A program made the translations under genes and the position numbers. From Centroscyllium fabricii (Eukaryota), in the NCBI GenBank assembly GCA_051313645.2, contig JBNRSN020000003.1, positions 155,186,001-155,250,000 of the forward strand: a DNA stretch of 64,000 nucleotides. Direction: 5' to 3'. A model generated the notes under the pieces. It was not told the DNA's origin and did not search any database. It saw only the letters and a list, made by a program, of their open reading frames with translations. Position 1 is the first letter of the stretch. Each line of letters opens with the position of its first letter. Below are positions 22,704 to 36,254 of the stretch, piece after piece.

Positions 22704-24754
22704 GTAAGATTGTTTTGATAAGAGATTTTTTCAACGTATTCATGCAGTAAAATGGAAATAAAACATTTCCATTAACATCTGAAAGGAGAAAAGACCCATT
22801 AATGTTTTGGATTAAGTCTCCATCAGAATTCTGACTTGAAGAATCTTTACCCAGAACAGCCTGTCTCTTTCAGATGTTGACAAGAGCAGCTCTTTTTTTC
22901 CCCAGCAAATATTTCATTTCCAGTATTCATTTTTTTAAATATTGCTGCAAGTGGCGCTGGATTACAATAAAGTATAGATTTGCAAATCCTATATAATTGT
23001 TTTAAACTCCACATTTTGTTGTGGAGCTAGGAATTTGGTGTGATGCTCATGCCTTGTTAAGCATGATTAATATTGTAGGAGGTCTTGTGCAATGTGCAGA
23101 GAACATGGTGTAGTGTAACGAATGCGCCTATAAATGCAAAAGGTTGATTTAAGATGAAAGGATGCCTTCGGCTTCTCCCCGTGCATATAGTGGTTGTGGG
23201 GAAAAATAGCTTTTTGTGGTTTAAGGTGTGTATACGCACTTTCAGATGATACTTGAAGCAGTTCTAGTATACGAGACACTGTATATACTCCATTGGTGAT
23301 ACTGAGGTAAGCATTCACATAACAATGAAACTAGGCAGAGTAAAGGTGGGCTAGCCAAGACCATGCATGGGAAGCGAAGCTCGGCACTTGATGAATTAAA
23401 TGGTGCTTTGTTTCTGGGTGTTGTTGCTAAAGAAAGCATTAATTGCAGGATGTAAGTAATTCAGGAGAAGTGCTGACTTTGCGGTTTCTGATCCTTAAGA
23501 TACTATTGACAATAAGTCTTTAAGACATTGATTTACTCCTTTTAAAAAGATTAGCACTAAATTAACTCTCTCCAGCTGACACATCTGAGCCTAAAAGAAT
23601 GCAAACTGGGTTTAATTTTGGATGCTGCTTTGTTAGTTCATGCTCTTAAAATTTCACCAAAGCTGAGAAATGATGGCTTGATGTGTTGTTGTAAATGCAG
23701 TAATTGCCCATGCCGTCTAGTGTGCTCTTTGCTTTGATAATCTTGCATTTAAAAAAAAATCCTGAGTTGTCTGCATAACCTCCTTTTGGCTGTCAAATGC
23801 TGCAGTGGTATTTATGTGCATAAATGAAGCTTTCTAAGTACAACACTTTCTTCAGAATGTAGATGGATTGTTTTTAAGTGCTGACTTGCTTCCCTCTAGA
23901 GAATTGAATCTGCAGGTTACTACATTAAGTTACATTTCTTTTTAAAAAGACGTGTTTTCAATGCATGCTGAATTTTTATAGCTACGAATTTCAGACCCCA
24001 TTGTTACCGTATAGACTGACCGAGGTATCTGATCATAATTCTTAAAAACTGATGACGTCTGGGCTCAAGGGTGTAACTTGGCTGAAACTCATGCATTTTT
24101 CTGACTGATCACCAGTGCGGCCTAAGTGCTCATTATGTTGTAGAGAGGGCCTATGCAGTCTCATTACATTTGACAAGAGTTCTCTCTGGGGGGAAAACTG
24201 GGCATTAGCTAGACTCCTAGCAGGCTCAAATTATTCTCCCTTTTATGGCTTATACTCCTAGATGACAAGTGAGCATTGTATTAAAAATGCGGGGTGGGGG
24301 GGGGTGAATTTGTCATTTTATCATGCCTTTGTTCATCGGAAATGCGTAACTGTTGAAATATCTCGAGGGCAAAGCGTCATCCTTCTCGTGGTTTGTCTTC
24401 TGAGTAGGCACTCGGCTTGCTCTTTGTAAATACCACCTGCAGGGTTGTAGAGTTGCGAGCAAATGCTTTTTATTCAAGCTTCAGTGCTTTTCATTCATGG
24501 TGTAATACCCAAGTCATGAGAAAAGAGAAGTTTGCTTTCCCATCATTTTCTTTTAAACATGGGGCCTTTAGCATATGTAGAAACTGCTGTTGTAAGGAAA
24601 TAGATAGATAGTGATTATAATTAGCAGGTTTTTAAAATAAAATTGGTAAAGTGGGTGTTTTTCAAATATTTCTCTTTGGCTTGAGAAACTCCTGTATTTT
24701 CACTAGTGGGGAATGTTCTTTGCTTGAAATGTCTTAATTTAATGTTACTTTATA

Positions 24755-25368
24755 CAGGTTGAGCACAGTTAATCCGGCACCCTCTGGACCAGGCCGGTGC
24801 CGGATCACTGAAAATTCCGAACCACTGAAGGTTCAGGGGAGCGCGCGGTAGAACCCCCCCCCCCCCGGGGCCCGGAGCGGGCGGTAGAACAGCGGTCACC
24901 AACCGCCGGTCCGCGGGACATTTTTACCGGGCCGCGGAAGGGTCTGTGCCTCGGCGCATGCGCAGATCATTCGGCGACGGAAGATGTTTAACAAGGCACA
25001 GACGGAAGACAGCCCCCCCCCCCCCCCGTCAGTAAAAAAAAAAAAAAACTCCGCCAGCAACCCCCCCCCCCCCCCCCCGCGGTCCAAAAAAGGTTGGGGA
25101 CCCCTGCGGTAGAACACCCCCGCCCCCCCAGGGCCCGGAGCACGCAGGTAGAATACTCCCCGGGAGGGAGCCTGGCGATAGAACACTTACAGAACTTAAA
25201 AAAACAGAAACCCAAACGCCCGACGCCTTCGGTGCTCGCTCACCCTTCGCGGAAAACGGTGGCGCTGCCGAGCGGCTGCTCCGCAAAATGAAGAGCGCCG
25301 GTTTCCAATCATGCCGGACCACTGAAGCTGCCGGACCATCGGGTGCCGGATTACCAGTGCTCAACCTG
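24755..25368. mobile_element. pogo/Tigger-type MITE
   Basis: 28-bp TIRs CAGGTTGAGCAC...AATCCGGCACCC (2 mismatches), TA / CA flanks, GC-rich interior. Confidence 0.88.
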
Positions 25369-26020
25369 CATTTGTCATTATGGCTGTAATCTCCCAAGTT
25401 TTTCTGCATGTTTTCCTTTTTACTATAATAGTGGTGATGTGTACATAGGAGAAGGCATGATTTGTTACTGGAAAGCAGCACGGTGATAAATTGAGAACAG
25501 CTTGAAACTACAGTTGTTAATGTTGTTTCAGCTCTTCACATCAACCTGTATAATGTTCCAGAGTTTAATGATTTCCTACTATAATGTGCGGGCAGATAAT
25601 TAAAGGTGGAATGTTGTGATCGCACGGTTTAACTGGCAGTGGTGCCAAATTTATTTTCAGATTGATGCAGGAGGAATCATGTTTTGCATGTTCATATAAT
25701 TCCTTTTTATTTTTGGACCCAAATGAGGCACAGTCAGCCACTGAGCTACTGTTCAGTAAATAGGCACGTGCAGGAAGTCATGGGTAACACTTTTTTTTCC
25801 CCCCTAGTGGTGATTAAGGCTCCGATCAACATTGATCTATGGACACTGTCAATATAAATATAACTTTGCATATTGAGATTACAATATATAATTTTTAACA
25901 TTGATTTGACATTTATCCTAATTTGTTGGTCTTGGTACTGAACTTACATTTTAAAATGTTTAGTTGACATGGGTTATTTTTGTGTCCTGTGGGAGTTTTA
26001 GATAATATTCTGTATTATTA

Positions 26021-26416
26021 GTGGCGGCACGGTGGCATAGTGGTTAGCACTGTTGCCTTACAGCACTTTAGACCCGGGTTCAAATCCAGCCTCGGGTACT
26101 ATCTGTGTGGAGTTTGCACATTCTCCCCATGTCTGCGTGGGTTTCCTCCGGGTGCTCCGGTTTCCTCCCACAGTCCAAAGATGTGCGGGTTAGGTTGATT
26201 GGCCAGGATAAATTGACCTTTAGTGTTAGGGGGATTAAATATGTGGGGTTACAGCGATAGGGTGGGATATGTGTCGGTGCAGGCTCGAGAGCGATATGGG
26301 GACAAGGCAGGGACAGGGTACTGGGTTTGGATGATCAGCCATGATCTCATTGAATGGTGGAGCAGGCTCGAAGGGCCGAATGGCCTACTCCTGCCCCTAG
26401 TTTCTATGTTTCTATA
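26021..26416 (+). mobile_element. HE1/V-SINE-type SINE (tail type B)
   Basis: Same head and V-domain; CR1 tail GATCAGCCATGATCTCATTGAATGG...TTTCTATG. Confidence 0.88.
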
Positions 26417-29400
26417 TAAAATAGTATTCGATTGTGTTCTGGCAGTTCTGTAACCTCTAACATTTGACAAATTAATTGAAAAACCATGGAATTAGTGACC
26501 CTATCTGCCAGTTGCATTACTTTGACAATGTTGTAGGTTTTTTTTCATTGACCATAATGCTTGCTGCCATCAACTGCTTTTTGACAGACTCTTCCAGGAT
26601 AATTCAGATACAACTTCCTATGTTTCAAGCAGACATTATTTAGGTGTAAGATTAGACTTTGTTCATGGCAACCGGTCAAAGAAGATTTGCCATTGTTAAA
26701 TCAATTGATAAAGCTACAGTGCTTTAATTTAATGTTTCCCTTCCAGTCCCACCTTCCCTCTTCTTTCCCCTGGCCTCCACACTCCCAGTGACACACAAAT
26801 TCCTCCAGGCAATTTGACCAGTCAGTAACTCTTTTTCATCCTTGATGCTGAGATGGGCAATAAAGTTCTTAGCCTCTCTATCTAATCGAGTTTGAGGTCT
26901 ATTTAGGCCTTGGCTAGAGATTAACACCAGGTGTTCATGTAAGGGGCAGTCATATTGCTTCACATTATAGGTTTGCTGAGTTTAGATGCAGTATGTGATT
27001 GAAGAGTAAAATGTTTATAATGCACAATACTGGATATTTGATTTTTCAATTCGGCTGCAAATGATGAAATTCTCCTGGGAATGGAACAAGGGAATTGTGT
27101 CCAGATCACTTTTTTCCCCACATGCATTGCGATTATCATCTAATATTGACAAGCGTATGAGGCCACTTATGTTGGAGGAATAGCTTTAAATCACTTCACT
27201 GAACTGAACCCTCTGATCGTGTAAACAATCTCAGATTTGAATCTTAGTACTTCATATATTTTCAGCCTCATTTAATCAAATAATAGTTGAAGGGTCCTCT
27301 TATCCTTTATCTAAATGCTTAAAGATGCTTTTTTTTTACAAAATAAAAGGTGGTTTTAACAAAAACTGTTGAGACCTATTGCATTTGTTGACGTAATAAA
27401 GTCTTGTCAAATTCTTTAATTTGTCTGATAGTCTCATGCTGATCTCTCAATTTGTGTGCCGGTATCTGTAAGGCCCATTTAATTACAGAGTAGGTCATAT
27501 CTCTTGTATCTTTGGGTCTGTTCACTTTATTAGATTTTCATCTCTACAGCCCCTGGTAGGGTTCCCTTGGGTTCCCCAAAGTGGCCAAGTAATTGCCAGT
27601 GCTGATACTGGAGATTTTAATCTCCCTTTTCTCATTAGGTTCAATTGAATTGCTTGAGGGTGCTGTAGGTGACTTGTGTATTTAATTTTTCTGACGTCGT
27701 GCTCAAACTGAATCTTGCGTTTGGTGCACCATTAAAACAGTTCTTTTTAGGTTTTTATTCAATTGTTGTAACAACAATAGCTGAACCTCTTCCTTTTAAA
27801 TTGACTATCACTTTTGTTGAATTAGTGGCTATTTTTAAGAATGTAAAAACCCTATTTTGTAAGTAAACAAGTGCATATTACTGTACCTCATGAGCAGCTT
27901 CTATCTGATTACACTTAAAGTTGGCCCAAGAGTGCAGAGAGGTTGCCTGTATTGACAGCAGAACAGGGATTTGAATGTTTGTTTAAGTCTGGTTGTTAAC
28001 TAGATTGGGACAAGCTACTCTAATTATGGAGGTCAACATTGTGTTTTCATTTTGTGAATTGTTACTCCAAAGCCTTGCATTTGTTTCATACATAATACTA
28101 GAACAAAATGGGGAGCTTGACATGGAAGGGTTTTTTGAAATGCATTCCAAATACATATTTACCAGCTGCCTTCGTTTAGCCACTCATCACTGCCTATTTT
28201 GCAGGCGAGTGGTCAGTGTGAATGTGATGTATAGGTTAAGTGTGTGTGGTCTTAAAAAAATTCAACACTGTTAGTGGTTTCTTTGGGGAATTGAAAGTTA
28301 CATGTGCTCATGATCTGTGTTTTTGTTGTATCAAAGTGAACTCATGTAGCCAAGTGTTTTGAAAACTGCTTTTAAGGCTTTTTAAATCCAAGCTTTTATG
28401 TAGAAGAATTTCATGGAACAGTTCAGCCAATAAGTTAAGACTATATAATAATCCAACCATGATAACTGACTGGAATGCCAGGCACTTCTCTCCCTAGATC
28501 TTTTTTGTAAGACAGTACTGATAAGGCCTAAAGTTTATAAAGTGAAGTGTTAATTAAAGGCCATTGACAAGAGCCAGGGATTCTTGACAGTTAAAAGCTT
28601 ACACTGCTTGTGTATCCTATCGCTGTCTTGGGTAAACAGTTGCACTTGGCAGATTATCCAGACAGTGACCAGTCACTGTATTGACAAGTGCAGACACAAT
28701 AAAAACTGTATTAGGAATCCTGCCGTAGGGATTTGCAGTAAATATATTACAGCACTCAAGTGAATTGCCAATACTGCTTGTTTAGCATTTTGCAAGGGCA
28801 ATCACAGTATGGATTTTTGCATTAGAAGGGAAAGGCTGTTGGAAAGCATTGGTGATGGCTGAGGAGAAATCGACTTTAAGATCCAATTGCTGTCTTTGGG
28901 TGAATCATGAGAAGCTCCTGTGAATTGTAGAGGAGCTGATTGTTGGGGGTGGGAGGACAGAGGTTTGTATGGGCCTTGGCTCATTAGATGCTGTTGGCTG
29001 TATAATCAGCCTCTACATGCCACAAACCAGTAAAAGCAGGGTCACAGAAATAAGATTGGAAGTCATGCCCCCAAAAAAGTAGCTGCATTTTTAGAACTAG
29101 CTTGTGTTTGTATAGCCAAATACTGTAATTATTTTTTCCCTGCATTAAATGATTTTTTTTGTACTTTTTAATATTTGTTTCTCCTGACCAATTTAATTTG
29201 AAACATTAAAATAGATTTGTGGATTGTGTGCCTCACTTCATAGGCCCACCAACTAATAGCTACTACATTACAACAGTGACTGCACTTCCAAAGTACTTAA
29301 ATTGACTCTGAAGTGCTTTGGGATGTCCTGAGGTTGTGAAAGCCGCTATATAAATGCAAATCCTTTTTTCCACGACTGTCTGAGCAGAACAAGCTTGGCT

Positions 29401-30299
29401 TTTCTTCCTGAAATACATCAGTAAAAAATCTGACTATCTTTAATGAGAAGGAAACCTTTTCCTATTTTTCACAAACGAGTACCCAGAGAGCCTGCTGACC
29501 AACATCAAATGTAAGGTATCTCAACATGAACATAATTTGGTTGGAGCGCCAAGTCGTTTGCTTTCATGTGATTCCAGGTTGTAGTGTTCACTTCGATTCT
29601 GCTTCATTGTGGTGAAGCTGAATAGATTAGAATGTATTGGGACGTGCTGAAATGGGGCTAGAACTACTGATAACAGCGTGATGATGCATTTATGCCAAGG
29701 AGAGTCATCACACACTAAAGATGTGAGAGAAACTCCCAGCTTTTCGACGACCGCTTAGTTTCTGTCAGTTGGCTCTGGTTCAATGATATTCACAGCGGCA
29801 GCTGTGCAATAAGATTATTTACATTACAGAGTGAGTAGCTACTAGAGACTAGTTTTCATCCAGTAAGAGGAGTGGGGGGGAGGGGCACATGTGGAATAAG
29901 TGTTTTAAATGATTAAAAAAATGTTTCCTTAAATTTCTTTTCCCAAAATTGGATCAGTTTATAAATGGAACACTGAATAACTAACTTTCTAGCACATTTT
30001 GCTCCAGTGTATGTATGTGTATTTGCAACTTTCATGGTCAAATTGACAGTTTCAAATTTGCAGTGTCCAATTTTTTTTTAAACGGAATAATTTTGATAGT
30101 GAGAAATTTTCTTTGAATCTTGCATGTTTCAATGGGAAGTTGACTAAAACTAATGTCTAAAATGTTTCGGCTGGAGTGAAATCTTGTGTGTTTACATTAC
30201 CTGTTACGTCCTGATAATCTATTCACTAATCAACTTCCTTGATAGTAATGAGATGGCTGCTAGCAGACATAACTGAAATATTGTACCATTTGCTTTGTC

Positions 30300-31360
30300 A
30301 GGCTACAATAACTTACTTTTATGTAGCGCCTCTAACATAGTAAAGCATCCCAAGGCGCTTCACAGGAGCATGATCGGGGTGGGGGGAAATGACATTGAGC
30401 CAAAGGACACATTTAGGACTGGTGACCATTGGGCGGCACGGTTGGCACTGTTGCCTCACAGCACTGGAGACCCGGGTTCAAATCCGGCCTCGGGTGACTA
30501 TCTGTGTGGAGTTTGCACATTCTCCCCGTGTCTGCGTGGGTTTCCTCCGGGTGCTCCGGTTTCCTCCCACAGTCCAAAGATGTGCGGGTTAGGTTGATTG
30601 GCCATGATAAATTGACCCTTAGTGTTAGGGGGATTGAATATGTGGGGTTATGGGGATAGGGAGGGATATGTGTCGGTGCAGGCTCGATAGGGATCGAGGG
30701 ATATGGGGTGAGGGCAGGGGTGGGGTACTGGGTTTGGATGATCAGCCATGGTCTCATTGAATGGTGGAGCAGGCTCGAAGGGCCGAATGGCCTGCTCCTA
30801 TCTTCTATGTTTCTATGACCAAAGGTCAAACAAGTAGGTTTTAAGGAGCATCTGAAAAGAGATTTTAGGGAGGGAATTCCAGAGCTCAAGACTTTAAAAG
30901 ACTTGCATTTATATAGCGCCTTTCATGAAGCAGGATGTCCCAAAGTGCTTTACAGCCAATGAAGTATTTTTGAAGTGTAGCCACTCGTGTAATGTATAAT
31001 ATACTAGACGGCTGAAGGCACAGCTGCCAATGGTGGGGTGAAGAAAATGGGCGATTCACAAGATGCCAGAATCCTGAGGGTTACAGGGCTGGAGGAGGTT
31101 ACTGAGGAGCGAGGCCATGGAAGGATTTGAACAGGAGATGGAAATTTTAAAACATAAAATATAGAGGCGTTGCTGGACTGGCCATGTCAGTGAGCAGAGG
31201 GATGATTTGATGAATAAGATTTGGTGCATGTTAGTAGTCTAAGAGCAGCAGAGTTTTGGATGAGCTTAAATTTCTGGAATGTGGAAGAAGGAAGGCTGTC
31301 CAGTGGAGCGTTGGAACAGTCGGGTCTGGGGGTAACTAAAGCATGAATCAGGCTATTGTC
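30300..31360 (-). mobile_element. L2 LINE 3' fragment (with SINE insertions)
   Basis: LIHALVTPRPDCSNA...KLIQNSAA resembles the L2 ORF2 C-terminus (LIHAFVTSRLDYCN). Confidence 0.7.
30431..30815 (+). mobile_element. HE1/V-SINE-type SINE (tail type B)
   Basis: Same structure; TSD TGACCA; inserted in an L2 remnant. Confidence 0.88.
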
Positions 31361-32849
31361 TACATCTAGCTTTAAATACCAAATTTTGATTCCGTCCTTG
31401 TTAATGGTCTGCAAAGGGGGGGGCGAATATGGATTCTTAAAGGAATATTACATCAGAGACTTGTAAATTTGATTGTGCCAGCGCTGTTGAAACAAATCAT
31501 TGAATTTGAAAGTGATAGAAAGACAAGATCTCCAATTACTCAATGATTCAGGGATTGAGCCTGTGTTGCTACGGAGACCGTAGCTGGAACAAATTAAATT
31601 TTAAGGAATGAAATAAGCTTTTAAGTGCTTCTGGGAGCAAGGATTTTGGCAGTGGCACTTTCATGGATTAAATTGGGGTTGACGAGCTATTGTATAACAT
31701 TTGTGTCCCAAAGATCACCTTTATAATGAGAACTGACATAAACCATAGTATGTTTTTTTTAAATCAAACCTTGAAAGCACTTGTAAAGCCTTGTATGCGA
31801 AGACTTAAAATTTTTGTGGTCCTATTGTGTGAAATGTTTTTTTTTCAAACCACACTGGGTGCTGATGGACAGTATTTGATGTGCTATATTCACAACAATT
31901 TGGTTCAGACTTCTCATTTATTAACTAATCAATTAATGGAATGCTAGAATACATTAGTGCGATGACATGGATTTTTTTTTTTTTTTTTTTTTTAAAGTAA
32001 AGCCCCTGAAGGAATGCCTTTCAGTCATGCTTAAAAAAATATATATATATGGAGATGAAAATTGGCTTGAGGTCAATAAGCCATTTGTGGTGGCCTGACG
32101 GTCTTTTTTTTTCCCCTTGTGCTTTGCACAGATCATTTTAAATGATTCAATAATGAGCAAAAGTGTAACATTGAGCTTTCCCCTTGTGTATTATTGTATT
32201 ACAGTTTACAAATGGAAGGATATCTGTCATGACCATCCTTGGAAATTTAATTGTAATTTTTTTTAAACCATGGCCTAGAAATTTGGATTTGGCGCCAGCT
32301 GTGGAGGCCTGTTTTGTTTGAAAAAATGATGCCAACTTACTTCCGGTGGGTCCCGCAGCAGCTGCCATTTTCGGCGGGTCGGCAGCCCTGCTGTTGCCAG
32401 CGCTCGCTAGAGAAATGGAAACGAGGCAGATTGTGATGTCAAATGAGTGCAGTGCTGATTTGATGCATGATCTGCCATTTTCAACATCGTCGCTCCACTT
32501 ACCGTCCTCTCTTAATTACGACCAACTGATTAAGCATTCAGCAGCAGGAAGGAGCCCCCCGCAGCGCTATGTAAAGGAATCATCAACAATTTGCAGCTGA
32601 CCTGGTTTCTCGGTTTTACTGGCTCTGAAGTTTCTGCAACTCTTGCAGATTTCTAAACTTGTTTAAAGTTGCTGAGGTGACTGGGACTGTTACTGTAAGT
32701 GGAGAATGCTTTGCTTTTCATTTCTGGTCACACCACTTGTTCAGTCATGGGGGCTCTACTTATAGTTTCCCTTGGGAGAGGGAGCGGAGGCAACAAAGAG
32801 AAATGCTGGCAGGAGGAGGGTTCTCGGCAGGAGCTCTTCAAAGAGCACT

Positions 32850-33510
32850 TCTCTTACCTCCACTTAAGTCAGGAGCAGTGTTTTTGGTGGGGAGGGGAGG
32901 AGGGGCTCTGCTTCACCAAGGAGGTGGTCTCCGAACTCGGCCACCTCCTGCAACCAGACCTGCAGCGTCAGAACAGGACAACCACGGCTCTCCAGTGGCC
33001 CTCAAGGTCCCCGGGGCCCTCCATTGCTTCACCAGTGGATCCTTCCAGTCTGCAACAGGAGACATAGCTAACATCTCTCAGTTCGCCATCCATGGCGGTC
33101 AAAGCAGCTCTCTACACAATGAGAAGGGGCTTCATTGTCTTCTCTCTGAGCAGAGAGAAGCAGAATGAGCACACATGTGGCTTTGCCAGGATGGTGAGCT
33201 TCCCCATGGTGCAGGGCGCCATCGACTGCAGACATGTGAGACACGTGGCTTTGTGGGCACCATGTAACAATGCTGAGATGTTCCGTAACCGCAAAGGCTA
33301 CCTCTCTCTGTGCAGTTGTTGTGCGACCATGCCCAGCGCATCATGATGGTGAATGCCCGCTATCCTGGCAGCAGTCATGATGCCTTCATTCTGCACCAGT
33401 CTGGTGTGCCATCAATCTTCCAGCCACCACATCCAACCCGAGGGTGGCTGCTTGGAGACATGAGCTCTCTGCTTTGCATCTGGCTGATGACTCCCCTCTG
33501 CAACTCCACT
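32850..33510 (+). pseudogene. Harbinger (HARBI1-like) DDE transposase pseudogene
   Basis: Frameshifted segments SGSFQSATGDIANISQ, FPMVQGAIDC, FRNRKGY, VNARYPGSSHDAFIL, WLLGD. Confidence 0.9.
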
Positions 33511-33755
33511 GCTCGTGACCACAGGAGGAGGAAGGGAGGAGGCAGGCTGCTCATCCTCGTTCTGGACAGGCTGTCCATGAGCGCCTCATGAGACTGATTC
33601 CAGTGAATGAAACCCCAGATCCATGTTGCTCACCACTTCCCCATCATACAATCCAGCACGTCATGGGACATCACCGCGTCCTCCTGGGCACAAAGCTGAA
33701 ACGAGAGCCGCCACAAAACATACATTCTGAACAATGCAATCATAATGACAATATT

Positions 33756-34503
33756 GGCCTAGAAATTAGGGGCCCGGACAGGGTACTCAAATATGGGCCC
33801 CTCGGAATTACTGGTTTCCGGCATGCACCACGCATGCGCGTGAAACCGGCAATTCCGATCCCCTGACTGAAGGGGTCAGGAGCCGGAGCGCGTTCGCCTG
33901 CGCAGCAGGGGGTGCGCAATGCACTTCCGATATTTTCACAGGCTTGTATCAGGGTAAGTATTTGAAATATTTGCGGCTGATATTTTCAAGCGCAAGGAGT
34001 GGATTTCATCAGGTAAGTCTTTATTTTATTCAATTTAAAAAAAATAAAAAAAATTTCCACAGGTTTTTCATTTTTAAATAATTTAAAGAAAGGTAAGATG
34101 CTTTTAGACCCGTTAAATACTTTAATTATATATTTTTTGTTTAAAATAGCTAATTTATGTGATTGATAGTAATTTTAAAAAATGTGATGGTTTTCTAAAA
34201 TTTATTTTAAGATTTAATGTGGTTTTGGGGCTGTAGTAATTCATAAGTTTGACAAGTCTTCCTGTCAAACTCATGAATGAAGCATTCTTTGCTACGATTG
34301 GCTCCCCGCGCGCGGAGCACGTGATTCCGCGCGGAGCCTCGAGTAACTCCGGCGTTCAGTTGCATCACCGCGGCGCGCCGGACTTTAAGCAGGCCTCTGG
34401 ATCGGGATTTCAAGTGGGTGAAATCGAGAACGGCAGGCGCGCTTCGTAAGTGTGGGTTGGAGGCTTGCACTCGCGGGAAGCCTCCAACCCGAATTTTTGG
34501 GCC
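33756..34503. mobile_element. Harbinger-type MITE nested in the Harbinger element
   Basis: TIRs GGCCTAGAAATTAGGG / CCCGAATTTTTGGGCC, ATT/AAT flanks; GC-rich ends, AT-rich core. Confidence 0.7.
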
Positions 34504-36156
34504 AATAACTATTTACCTGTGTGCATTCCCTTAGTGTCTGTCATTCGTGTGCCTTTATCTGCTCTAGTGCTCCCCTAGTGGCTGCAGCATGGCTGGTGGA
34601 AGGCTGCTGACTTTTAGTGGGGAGACTTCAAATGGCCTTGCACGACAACCTCGACCAAGGGTGGACCTAGAAGGCATGACTGTAGACTGCATCACCTCTG
34701 CATGGGCGGCAGCAGTCTGTGCTGGCTGGCTGATGGGCAATGGCAAGTGCAATGGTGGAGGGGGAGTAGGAATGCCATCATCCTTAAGGAGGACAACAGA
34801 TTCTTGCTCCACTGCAACTCCCCGGTGGCGACTCCTCAACATTCCTCGCAATCTGTGGAGGACAGCGCGTTTAGCACGGAGACCAGCACTCCGATCATGA
34901 TAATGAGCAGGGAGCACGAACTTTGCGTGCTGCTGGCACCACTTTGAACGGGTTCAGGAAAATTGCGCTGGCCCGTGTCATCGCCTGTTTTCGCTCCTTA
35001 TCCAATTTCCAGGCCCATATTCGTAATATGTTCATAAGATTTGGGAAGGCCACAAAAATGTGAAAATTCTTCCATTTAAAGATGGTTGGAAGAGGTTTGA
35101 AAAATATTACTGAAGTTGGTTTATCATTTTGTGGTATACATGCACATCCTCTATTTTCAAAAATTTCTTGAGCAGAGATGTAACGTTTTAATACAGGGTA
35201 ACAAGTTGTATATTGCCTGTTTTTAAAAATGTACATAATTCATTTTTGTGCTCTGCTGAAAGTTGCAAAAGAAATCAATAATATTTGACCTTTTCTGTTC
35301 AACATAATTTTGTGAGCAATGAATTGTGCCACGTGCATAAGCTAGAAGTCTTCCTTTTTCCCTTCTGAGAACTAAGTTTCCACATTTGTTCATGATGAAA
35401 GATATAATAACGCTACACTATTAATTGGAGCTTTGTATGTCAGTAAGTATCATGTAAAGTTTACTTTTCTATCTACACAGCAATCCAGTGCCCACTTTCA
35501 GCAATAAATGTCAATGATTTGTATATTTGCACTGTAGCCTCCTTGTTAATGAATTAGCACACAACAGAATTCCTGTGTTTCTCCGCTCTCTGATAGCATA
35601 TTTAAAAATGTCCTCATTGTGGTAATTGGTAATCAAAAGTATAGATAGTGTTTCCTACCATTGCCAATTTCAAAAGTGGCCCATAGTGTACAGTTGACAT
35701 TTGTAGCTGGACTTCTTAGATTTTGGGAGGAAATCTATCTGGTCACTTTTTCAAAATTTCACTCCAAATATATCCATCACTAATGCCACTATATTGCTGA
35801 AAGTGGGCTGTAGTTTATTGTGTAGATAGGAAAGTAGATTTAGCATAGTGTTTACTCACGTGTAATGCTTCATTTAGCAGTATAATATATATCATTCATT
35901 GAAGCAATCAGCTGAAGATTACTGCTGTACTAGCTATGACCTGTACCAGCTATGACCTATCTGTATGAAATTGTTTCCATATTTCTTACAGATAACTTTG
36001 CCATTGTGAGTGGCTTCATGAAAAGTTAGTTCATTGTTGGTAGCACCAATGGGTGATTCACAAATCCAGTTAATTTGATGCAGTGTTTTTACCTGGCACT
36101 GGAGATATCCTGGGCTGCTACGGAGGGAGGAAAGTGTTAAGTCTGGTCTTTTCAAA

Positions 36157-36254
36157 TGCAAGAAGTCACACAACACCAGATTATAGTCCAACAGTTTTAT
36201 TTTAAATCACAAGCTTTCGGAGCTTTTGCCCCTTCGTCAGGTGAAAGAGAGAGA
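36157..36254 (-). mobile_element. Penelope-like ~100-bp insertion with hammerhead motif (36207-36244)
   Basis: Same 38-nt core as 100-137; flanked by the 11-bp direct repeat GTCTTTTCAAA (36146-36156 / 36255-36265). Confidence 0.78.

Larger units (their letters stand above)
32272..35015 (+). mobile_element. PIF/Harbinger DNA transposon, internally deleted
   Basis: TIRs GGCCTAGAAATT(T)GGA / TCCAATTTCCAGGCC, 3-bp TSD CAT, transposase remnant inside. Confidence 0.85.

Noticed and set aside
32850-33591. Host HARBI1 gene
   Set aside because: Frameshifted, truncated and enclosed by TIRs and a TSD, so a transposon relic rather than the domesticated gene.
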